A stretch of 32,000 nt of DNA from Sinorhizobium meliloti (GTDB lineage: Bacteria; Pseudomonadota; Alphaproteobacteria; Rhizobiales; Rhizobiaceae): contig NZ_JAGIOS010000002.1 in NCBI RefSeq assembly GCF_017876815.1, positions 390,001-422,000 of the forward strand, read 5' to 3'. Of the stretch, positions 10,129-17,416 are shown piece by piece; position 1 is the first letter of the stretch, and each line of letters opens with the position of its first letter. Below the pieces are notes generated by a model that was not told where the DNA came from, searched no databases, and was given only the letters and a program-made list of their open reading frames with translations. Made by a program: the position numbers and the translations under genes.

Positions 10129-10926
10129 TTACGGCCTGCCGGGGAGCGAGGCGGTCACCGCGACCGGCGGCGTGGCAAGAGTGTCCGTGCCGGGGCGCTG
10201 CCCGACCGAAAGTCCTGCCTTAGCCCGCGGGCGCGCGGAAATCTTTCCAAGCGGATGCTGCGAATGCACGCGCATCGGCGCTCCGGGCTCGTGCTCGATG
10301 AACAGGGCGAGGCTGCCGATCAGGAGCGGCTCGGTCAGCAGCGGTTCGAACAATCCGCGCAAAGGGGCCTCAACCCGCCGCCCCACATCGACGTTCAGAG
10401 GGCCGGTCAGCGGCATGTGGAAACGATATTCGTCCATCACATGGGGATCGCCCCAGCGATGCAGGTTGGTGAATTGCGGAGCCGTGAGCCTGTCCGGGTC
10501 CGCCCGTTCGATATCGTCCTCACTCAGCGGAGCGCGAAAGCGGTCGAGCGCCTGCAGGACTCGGGCGGCGAGCAGATGCATCGACTGGCTGGGCACCTCT
10601 GGCATCAGCCCACAGCACTGGCTGAGGCGCGCAACCTCCAGCCGCTCGATCTGGAACGGCGTCTCCCCGCTCGTGAAAAGCATCATGGCCTTGAGCAATT
10701 GCGCTTCGTCCATATCCGGCCTCAGGCGGAAGGGCGCCATGATCATTGCATGAAAGCCGAAGCGGCGTGGAACGGCCGTGTAAAAGGCCATCTCCGAAAC
10801 CGCAAGGCCGGCAATCGACGGCAGTTCCACGGCCTCCCCGGAATAGACGCTGCGGCCGAGCCAGCTGGCAGCTGCCGCAGAAAGCGGGTCTCCCATCGGC
10901 GGGGTGAAACAGATCGCATAGCGCAT
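10129..10926 (-). CDS. DUF1045 / 2H-phosphoesterase-superfamily protein (annotated elsewhere as 'putative phosphonate metabolism protein')
   Basis: N-terminus MRYAICFTPP and the two family blocks RRFGFHAMIMAPF and YRFHMPLTGP. 78 nt upstream of puuE on the same strand. Confidence 0.72.
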   Translation of the reverse strand: MRYAICFTPPMGDPLSAAAASWLGRSVYSGEAVELPSIAGLAVSEMAFYTAVPRRFGFHAMIMAPFRLRPDMDEAQLLKAMMLFTSGETPFQIERLEVARLSQCCGLMPEVPSQSMHLLAARVLQALDRFRAPLSEDDIERADPDRLTAPQFTNLHRWGDPHVMDEYRFHMPLTGPLNVDVGRRVEAPLRGLFEPLLTEPLLIGSLALFIEHEPGAPMRVHSQHPLGKISARPRAKAGLSVGQRPGTDTLATPPVAVTASLPGRP

Positions 10927-11077
10927 GGCGCAAGCTCCGGAAGTCCGTGAAAGCGGAATAAGGAAACGTGCGCTCCGCCCGCATCCCGTTCGAGATCCAA
11001 TGGCGGCGTGTTAAGTGATTTGCGTGACAGATTGACGAATTACGCAGGCCATAACGGGGTCGTGAAGCCAGCCTCGC

Positions 11078-12208
11078 CTATCGCAATGCCGCGATATGGT
11101 GCGCACATTGGAAAGCTTGGGGGAGCGCGCTGGCTGGACGGCCGGCAATCTCGTCGACCGCGGATCGCGCCAGAGCATGCGCCAGTCCAAAGCTCACCTT
11201 GAATCCGCCCGTCAACACGAAGACCCTTTCGTGATCGGGGTGACGGCCGACCATGGGTTCGCGCCCCGTAGATCTGGGGCGCAGGCCCGCCCAGCGCTCG
11301 ACCACCGGGGCGCCGCGCAGAGCGGGCGCAAGAGCCGTTGCGCGGGCAAGCAGGGCATCGAGCTGGCCATCGGTGGAATAGGGTTCCTCGAACCGGTTCT
11401 CGCTCGTGCTGCCGACCGCCACCTGGCCGCTTTCATGCGGGACGACATAGAGCCCGTCGGCAAAGATGATGGGCAAAGCCGGATCGATATCGGCGCGAAG
11501 CAGCGCCGCCTGGCCTTTGACCGCACCGCCGCTCGGTGCCCGCAGCGGCTCGGTCAAACCGTCGATGAAGGAGAAGCTTTCGACGCCCGCGGCGAGGATC
11601 AGGCGATCGCAGGTCAAATCGCGCCCGTCCGCGAGTGAAATCCGGCCGCGCGCCGGATCAAGCGAGACGACTTCCGCCCCTTCCTCGAGCCGGACATGCG
11701 GAAATTGCTCCAATGCGGCCCGCAGCATCTCAAGCAGGCTGCGCGGCGCCAGCCGGGCGGCCAGCGTGTCATGGACGACACCGAAGGGCGCCGCATCGGC
11801 GGCCGGCCAACCGCCTGCATCGGCGTCGCGGACATGCCAATGGAACCGGCGTGCCGGAGTATGCCAATTCTGCGCCGCATCCTGCTCGCGACCAAGAGCG
11901 ATCTCCCGCAGATGCGGCTTGCCAAGGGGCATGACACGGCCGGAGCGACGATAGCCTGCCGAGAGGCCGGTGGCTGTTTCAAGGGCGGCGATCTCGCCTT
12001 CGAGCGACACCAGGGCATCGAACTGGAACTGCTTCTTGTCGTTCCAGCGGTCGGGCATATGCGGCATGAGCGCGCCGAGGAGACCGCCGCTCGCGCCGGA
12101 ACCGATCAGTCTGCGCTCGAGAAGCCGCGTCGTGAGGCCGGCGCGGGCAGCCATCACGGCGGCCCAGAGCCCCATGACGCCGCCGCCCACGATCAAAACT
12201 TCGCACAT
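11078..12208 (-). CDS. FAD-dependent oxidoreductase (DAO family; resembles the MnmC oxidoreductase half)
   Basis: Rossmann motif VLIVGGGVMGLWAAVMAARAG at the N-terminus. 376 aa. Divergent from the MnmD-like gene across a 39-nt gap. Confidence 0.8.
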   Translation of the reverse strand: MCEVLIVGGGVMGLWAAVMAARAGLTTRLLERRLIGSGASGGLLGALMPHMPDRWNDKKQFQFDALVSLEGEIAALETATGLSAGYRRSGRVMPLGKPHLREIALGREQDAAQNWHTPARRFHWHVRDADAGGWPAADAAPFGVVHDTLAARLAPRSLLEMLRAALEQFPHVRLEEGAEVVSLDPARGRISLADGRDLTCDRLILAAGVESFSFIDGLTEPLRAPSGGAVKGQAALLRADIDPALPIIFADGLYVVPHESGQVAVGSTSENRFEEPYSTDGQLDALLARATALAPALRGAPVVERWAGLRPRSTGREPMVGRHPDHERVFVLTGGFKVSFGLAHALARSAVDEIAGRPASALPQAFQCAHHIAALR

Positions 12209-12247
12209 CGATTGACCTTCCCGGGCCGGAGAATTATCGGGTTCACC

Positions 12248-12964
12248 ATGACAGGAACCGATCCCGGCCAGAGCCCTTCATCCTCGCGGCAAAACCTCGA
12301 ATGGCACGAGGGCGATATGCCCTATTCGAAGGAATTTGGCGATCACTTTTATTGCCGCACCGACGGACGGCTCGAATGCGGCCACGTCTTTCTTGCCGGC
12401 AACCGGCTGCCGGAACGCTGGGAAGCGGGCGGCACATTCACGATCGGCGAACTCGGCTTCGGCACGGGGCTCAATTTCTGCGAAACCTGGCGCCAATGGA
12501 AACAGTCGCCGGCGGCGGGGAGCCTCCATTTCGTTTCCTTCGAGCGCTTTCCCATGCAAGCCGACGAGATCGACCGCGCGCTGGCGCATTGGCCGGAAAT
12601 CGACGAGGAGCGGCAGGCGCTCGTTGCCAATTGGCCCACGAACCCGGCCGGCCAGGTAGACATCGCCTTTACCGGGCAGGTACGGCTCACCGTCGTGATC
12701 GGCGCGGCGCTCGACGGCGTTTCAGCGTCCCCTCCGGACTTCGACGCCTGGTATCTCGACGGTTTCGCCCCCTCGCGCAATCCCGACATGTGGTCGGAAG
12801 AACTGATGCGGCTGGTGTTCGACAGGACCGTCTCAGGCGGCAGCTTCGCGACCTATGCGGCAGCCGGCTTCGTCCGCCGCAACCTGGCGGCCGCGGGCTT
12901 CACCGTCGAGCGCCGCCCCGGCTTTGCCGGCAAGCGTGAGATGCTGCGCGGCGACAAATCCTGA
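12248..12964 (+). CDS. mnmD: tRNA (mnm5s2U34) methyltransferase, MnmD (MnmC methyltransferase-half homologue)
   Basis: Start re-derived as ATG 12248. The upstream part of track ORF 11696.. is antisense to the FAD gene. Motifs YSKEFGDHFY, SAM motif IGELGFGTGLNF, DAWYLDGFAPSRNPDMWS. Confidence 0.82.
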   Translation: MTGTDPGQSPSSSRQNLEWHEGDMPYSKEFGDHFYCRTDGRLECGHVFLAGNRLPERWEAGGTFTIGELGFGTGLNFCETWRQWKQSPAAGSLHFVSFERFPMQADEIDRALAHWPEIDEERQALVANWPTNPAGQVDIAFTGQVRLTVVIGAALDGVSASPPDFDAWYLDGFAPSRNPDMWSEELMRLVFDRTVSGGSFATYAAAGFVRRNLAAAGFTVERRPGFAGKREMLRGDKS

Positions 12965-12984
12965 TTTCCCGGATCCGGGTGGGC

Positions 12985-13437
12985 TTATCCCGGAAAGACC
13001 ACGGACTTGACCGTCGCGATCAACTGATCGGTGGGGACGGCGACGCAATTGCGGTCGATTTCGGCAAGTGTCTTTTCCTTGACCTGGTGCGAGAGCAGCT
13101 TCCTCAGGTCGCCGAGCGTCCTGGGCGCCGCGCAGATCACGAGGTTCTCGAAGGCATGGTCGTGGGCATAGTGGTCGAGCTTCCCGGCGATCTCCATGGC
13201 GAAGCGATGCTGCTCCTCCCGTACGGGGTCGCTGCTATACTCCATCGCCGAGCGGCCGTGACCGACCGACGAATGGCTGCGTCCGGGCCTGTCGGCCATG
13301 ATGTCCTGACGACGCTTGGTCTCGATTTGGAATGTCTCCTCCTCCGGCTGCTGCCTGCCATCCTTCAGCAGGTTGACGTCCTTCACGATGCGCGCCGTGT
13401 TTCCATCGGCTGTCAGTATCCAGATTCGGTTCCGCAC
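12985..13437 (-). CDS. 'Host attachment protein' family (baeRF family 12, release-factor-like fold)
   Basis: GTG start (cac at 13435-13437) with GGGGAG 6 nt upstream. 150 aa. IWILTADGNTARIV...DRPGRSHSS...HRFAMEIAGKL...LVICAAPRTLGDLRK matches my memory of this family. Confidence 0.72.
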   Translation of the reverse strand: MRNRIWILTADGNTARIVKDVNLLKDGRQQPEEETFQIETKRRQDIMADRPGRSHSSVGHGRSAMEYSSDPVREEQHRFAMEIAGKLDHYAHDHAFENLVICAAPRTLGDLRKLLSHQVKEKTLAEIDRNCVAVPTDQLIATVKSVVFPG

Positions 13438-14011
13438 TATTGTCTCCCCGTGTCGATGGCAGATAGGTTGGCGAGGCTCACGGACAGAACGGCTGAGGCC
13501 GCGTCAGGTTCCTTGCCGCCGAATATCTGCGCATTCCGTGTCGCCGTGGCCTGCTCGCATCACGAGCCCGTCAGCAGCCGGCAATCGGCGAGGCCAAGCG
13601 GCCAGATTGTACGCTCAGGCCCTTCTTCTGCAAGGGGAACATACATGACGCGCTGCTTCTTTGCCGGCTATCGCCGCGGAACTCGGCGCGTGGTCATGCC
13701 CTTTCGCCGGGACGATGTTTTGCGCCTGCCGGCGTGATAGACGGCGCTGCCTTCGCAGCTGCGAAAAGATGCGGCTTGACTTTCCGGCGCAAAACAACGA
13801 TCTAAGGCCTGCGTCACCTTCCGGCCGCCGCGTGAGCGCGCCCTCGGCATCACTTCGAAGCCGTGAAGAAGGAAAAGCGCGAAACATCGCCGCCCTCCGC
13901 GGCAGCACAGGCGCCTGACGATTTTCTATTAACCCACAAGTTCCCAATTCACGCGGGGTTCTTGACGCCAGATGACACCGGAACCGCATCCTGCCGTTCC
14001 GGCGAGAGCGT

Positions 14012-15550
14012 TTGGCGCCCCGAAAGGTATATGCATTGTCCACTTTCAAAGAGCTTGGCCTCTCCGAGCACATCGTGGCGACACTCTCCGCCAATGGTTT
14101 CGAAAAGCCGACGCCCATCCAGGCTCAAGCCATTCCGCTGGTCCTGAAAGACCATGACCTCATCGGTCTTGCGCAGACGGGCACCGGCAAGACCGCTGCG
14201 TTCGGCCTGCCGATGATCGAAAAGCTCGTAGCCGATGGCAGACGTCCCGATCCGCGCAACATTCGCGCTCTCGTGCTCGCACCTACCCGTGAACTGGTGA
14301 ACCAGATCGCGGCCAACCTGAAGCTTTTCGTAAAGAAGAGCCCGCTCAAGATCGGCCTCGTCGTCGGTGGCGTTTCGATCAACAAGCAGACCGAACAGCT
14401 CGCCCGTGGCGTCGACATTCTCGTCGCGACCCCCGGCCGCCTGCTCGACCTTGTTTCTCGCAAGGCGGTGACGCTGACACAGGCTCGCTACCTCGTTCTC
14501 GACGAGGCTGACCAGATGCTCGATCTCGGCTTCATCCACGACCTGCGCAAGATTTCCAAGCTGGTGCCGAAGAATCGTCAGACGCTGCTCTTCTCCGCAA
14601 CCATGCCGAAGCTGATTGCCGAGCTTGCCGGCGAATATCTGACCGATCCGGTCAAGGTCGAAGTCTCGCCTCCGGGTAAGGCCGCCGACAAGGTCGAACA
14701 ATATGTGCATTTCGTCCCCGGCAAGGACCTGAAGACGACGATCCTGAAGCAGACGCTGACTGCCAATCCCGATGGGCTGTCGCTGATTTTCAGCCGCACC
14801 AAGCATGGCGCCGAGAAGCTGATGAAGCATCTCGACCATGTCGGCTTCAAGGCCGCCTCGATCCATGGCAACAAGAGCCAGGGCCAGCGGGAGCGCGCGC
14901 TGAAGGCATTCCGCGACGGTGAGATCCGCGTGCTCGTGGCGACGGATGTGGCCGCTCGCGGGATCGACATTCCAGGCGTCACCCACGTCTACAACTACGA
15001 CCTGCCGGAAGTGCCCGACGCCTATGTGCACCGTATCGGCCGCACGGCCCGTAACGGCCGCGACGGCATCGCGATCGCATTCTGCGCGCCGGACGAAATC
15101 CGCCTGCTGCGGGACATCGAAAAGCTGATGGGCATCCAGATCGCCGTCGCCAGCGGCGAAGCGCCCGCCGACCAGGCGCGCCCCTCCAAGGGACGTGGCG
15201 GTCGCGGCAACGGTCAGCCTCGTGGTAACGCCCAGCCTCGCGGCAATGGCGCAGGGCAGCGCCAGGGCGGACCCCGCCGCGATCGGCCGCAGCGCCAGGC
15301 GGCAGCCGGCGGATTCGCCGGCGATGAACTGCTGCGCGACGAGCGCTCGCACGAGCGCCGCGACCAGCGTGCTGTCGGGCATGGACCGGCGGACGGACGG
15401 CCGGAAGGCCACCGCAATCACAAGGCGCAGAAGCACCATGGGCGGCCCGGACCGCAGCAGGCCGGCCGCCGTGGGAGCGAACAGTCAGGCGAACGCAACG
15501 GCGGCGGCAATCGACCGCAGCGTGCCGACGGTCGCGGCCATCAGCGCTAG
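14012..15550 (+). CDS. rhlE: DEAD-box ATP-dependent RNA helicase (RhlE-like) with Arg/Gly-rich C-terminal tail
   Basis: Q-motif GFEKPTPIQ, motif I AQTGTGKTA, PTRELV, motif II DEAD, SAT, HRIGRTAR. 14012 is a TTG. TTG 14036 (giving MSTFKELGLS), with AAAGG upstream, is an equally plausible start. Confidence 0.92.
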   Translation: MAPRKVYALSTFKELGLSEHIVATLSANGFEKPTPIQAQAIPLVLKDHDLIGLAQTGTGKTAAFGLPMIEKLVADGRRPDPRNIRALVLAPTRELVNQIAANLKLFVKKSPLKIGLVVGGVSINKQTEQLARGVDILVATPGRLLDLVSRKAVTLTQARYLVLDEADQMLDLGFIHDLRKISKLVPKNRQTLLFSATMPKLIAELAGEYLTDPVKVEVSPPGKAADKVEQYVHFVPGKDLKTTILKQTLTANPDGLSLIFSRTKHGAEKLMKHLDHVGFKAASIHGNKSQGQRERALKAFRDGEIRVLVATDVAARGIDIPGVTHVYNYDLPEVPDAYVHRIGRTARNGRDGIAIAFCAPDEIRLLRDIEKLMGIQIAVASGEAPADQARPSKGRGGRGNGQPRGNAQPRGNGAGQRQGGPRRDRPQRQAAAGGFAGDELLRDERSHERRDQRAVGHGPADGRPEGHRNHKAQKHHGRPGPQQAGRRGSEQSGERNGGGNRPQRADGRGHQR

Positions 15551-15597
15551 ATCACGATGCTTTTAGGTCGGGTCGACCTAAAAACATGAACGTGATC
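15550..15597. repeat. Composite palindrome immediately after the rhlE stop
   Basis: TTTTAGGTCG-GGT-CGACCTAAAA (15561-15583, 10-bp stem) flanked by GATCACG / CGTGATC (15550-56 / 15591-97). Confidence 0.6.
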
Positions 15598-15616
15598 GGT
15601 TCCAAGAAGTTGAGAC

Positions 15617-15718
15617 GCGGGATGCGGGCGGAAAACCGCACACACTTTTCCTCATCCCGCTCTAGAGCACTTCGAGGATAAGTGCGCAGCGTCAAAGACT
15701 TAGAGCGTTTGGTGTTTC
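15617..15718. repeat. Structured intergenic repeat element, copy B
   Basis: Nested inverted repeats GCGGGATG/CATCCCGC (15617-24 / 15653-60), GGAAAA/TTTTCC, CGCTCTA/TAGAGCG (15658-64 / 15701-07) and GCACTT/AAGTGC. Shares the tail AAGTGCGCAG-N10-TTAGAGCG-N4-GTGTTTC with copy A. Confidence 0.6.
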
Positions 15719-15807
15719 ATGCGCTGAACGCCCTTAGGCGCAATGACGTCGTGGAACGGCGGGTAGATGCCCGCCGTTTCGACACTGCCCTGCGTCACCT
15801 GCGCCAG

Positions 15808-16263
15808 TTAGCCTTTGGGTCTGACGGACTGATAGATCGCGCTGGTGCCGTCTCTCTTCACCGCGAACACGTCATAGGATGCGCGAGGGTCGTCCCCCAT
15901 GCCCAACGATCCGACGGGCATGCCCGGGACCGCGATGCCGGCAATGTCCGGGCGCTCGGCGAGGAGCCTTTCCACGGCATCCAGCGGTACATGGCCTTCC
16001 ACGTAATAGCCGCCGACGACAGCCGTATGGCAGCCTTGCATCTCATCCGGTATCGCATAGCGCTGCTTTACCGCAGACAGATCGTCGACGTCCTTTATGC
16101 CTACCGCAAAGCCGGCTCCCTTCATCGCCTCGGCCCATGCATGGCAGCAACCGCAATTTGGGTCCTTGTAGACGACCATTTCCCGGCCGGCCGCAAAGGC
16201 AGGCCCGATCGTCCAAGCCGACGCGGCCGCGGCCGCGGAAAACAGAAACTCTCTTCTTCTCAT
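15808..16263 (-). CDS. DUF411 (CopG-like) periplasmic copper-cluster protein with Tat signal
   Basis: Start re-derived as ATG 16261-16263. Tat-like [16 protein letters not shown]. Family motifs [31 protein letters not shown]. 151 aa. Confidence 0.85.
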   Translation of the reverse strand: MRRREFLFSAAAAASAWTIGPAFAAGREMVVYKDPNCGCCHAWAEAMKGAGFAVGIKDVDDLSAVKQRYAIPDEMQGCHTAVVGGYYVEGHVPLDAVERLLAERPDIAGIAVPGMPVGSLGMGDDPRASYDVFAVKRDGTSAIYQSVRPKG

Positions 16264-16635
16264 GGTTGCTCTCCTTTGAACATTGGTTGTGCGGCATTGA
16301 ATTGACTGACTTTCTTCGGTGCACTCGACGAGGACAGCCGCCAGCCCTTCACCAAGCCGTAAACGGCCGGAATGACCACCCAGGATCGTCGAGGATACCA
16401 TTCCGCCGATCATCGGGACGGCGATCCGTTGCATGACCTCCGACCCGGACCCGGTGCTCCAAAGGATCGGCACAAGCCCCGCCATGATGGCGACGACGGT
16501 CATCATCTTCGGCCGGACCCGCTCGACCGCCCCCACCATGATGGCCTCCTGCAGATCGGAATGCGTCAGGGAACGCCCCTCGGCCGCGCAAGCCGCGCAC
16601 CGCTCCCGCAATAGCTGATCGAGATAGATCGAGGA
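16260..16635 (-). pseudogene. cusA: C-terminal remnant (about the last 120 codons) of a CusA/CzcA-type heavy-metal RND pump, internally frameshifted
   Basis: One frame reads IYLDQLL...[55 protein letters not shown]. The next segment, [17 protein letters not shown]...stop, continues in another frame from about 16379. Its TGA (16260-16262) overlaps the DUF411 ATG. None of the roughly 900 upstream codons of a normal CusA are present. Confidence 0.7.
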
Positions 16636-16935
16636 TTTTTCGCTCGCTGGCGGCCGGACCCTCCGCAACCGCCTCCAGCGGTTCGAAAGAGACATCCTCG
16701 CTTTGCCTGACCGCGACGAACGGGCGCCCGTCTGCCGTTTGCTTCGGCGCCGCCGAACATTCCGGCACCCCGTCCGGGTGCCGGTAGTAGATGATCTTGC
16801 CCGCCGGCTTTGCCGCAGGCGGCGTGGGTTCTCGTGCAGTTGACCAAGGAAGAACTGTGGGGTAAGGCCGCCTGTCCCGGCTACGTAGCCTCCTCCGCCT
16901 GCCAGGACGAGGGAGCCGACCCAGAAGGAGTTCAC
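16636..16935 (-). pseudogene. cusB: N-terminal remnant of a CusB-type periplasmic adaptor, frameshifted
   Basis: GTG 16933-16935 opens a TM-anchor-like [19 protein letters not shown]. The adaptor N-terminal metal-site-like segment [26 protein letters not shown] lies in a different frame. There is no barrel or lipoyl domain before the cusA fragment begins. Confidence 0.55.
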
Positions 16936-17308
16936 CCTGAACGGTTTCGGCCTCCCTTTGGAGCTTGGCCACCAGTTTGAAGCGCCAGCCACCTTCCATG
17001 CCGAGATCGGTCCTGAACCGGTAAACTCCGGGCTCTGTCGAAGGCATCGCTTCGACGGCGGTCGTCATCGCCTCCATACCTTCCGGCGCCATGTCGAGCC
17101 GGGTCGCAAAAATGATCGCGCCGGAAACCGGCACTTTCGTCCTCTCGTCGATGAGACGGACGGCGACGATCGCTTCCGGTCCCTCGGCAATCTCGGGCTC
17201 GACGAGCTCGAACCGGTAGTCCGTAGCGGCGGCGTAGGCGTTCGTGCAGAAAAGCGCCAGGGCAAGGCAGGCGAGGCCTGCTCTCGGCATAAGACGGATT
17301 GCAGTCAT
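16932..17308 (-). CDS. Small periplasmic YtkA/FixH-like (Ig-like, metal-resistance-associated) protein; native stop apparently lost
   Basis: ATG 17306-17308 (alternative 17290). Signal peptide [17 protein letters not shown], then [36 protein letters not shown]....[22 protein letters not shown]. The frame runs on to 16349. The TGA at 16932-16934 is one frame off. The domain call is from memory only. Confidence 0.5.
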
Positions 17309-17416
17309 GTGAACTCTCACCCGACGGGCCTGTCGGCCGCGTCCTTGGAAAATGTCGATGGTCGGACGCCCCACCTCTGTCGGGCGGAGCAGTTCCGTCG
17401 ATTCGAAGAGTGAGAT

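Noticed and set aside
9142-10950. 602-aa plus-strand ORF spanning the puuE/DUF1045 region. Similar giant ORFs occur at 8141..9214(+), 13949..15439(-), 19415..20794(+), 29362..30768(+) and 27686..28267/28379..29029(+).
   Set aside because: All lie antisense to, or out of frame with, genes that have clear family motifs. Their products are Arg/Ala/Gly/Pro-rich with no recognisable motifs. This is the usual shadow-ORF artefact of high-GC DNA.
15561-15583. 10-bp hairpin right after rhlE, considered as a rho-independent terminator.
   Set aside because: The A/T runs form part of the stem itself, and there is no U-tract downstream on either strand. It is better described as part of the repeat/palindrome element, though it may still pause or stabilise transcripts.
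15682-16305. 207-aa plus-strand ORF opposite the DUF411 gene, and the 6754..7203(+) ORF opposite uraH.
   Set aside because: The opposite strand carries unmistakable family signatures (CGCC/CHTA/EGHVP for DUF411; YRGS C-terminus for uraH).
15808-16992. The 394-aa track ORF taken at face value as one protein.
   Set aside because: It is a chimera of the intact DUF411 gene (from ATG 16263), a cusA C-terminal fragment and out-of-frame cusB sequence. An internal SD-independent fusion protein is not supported.
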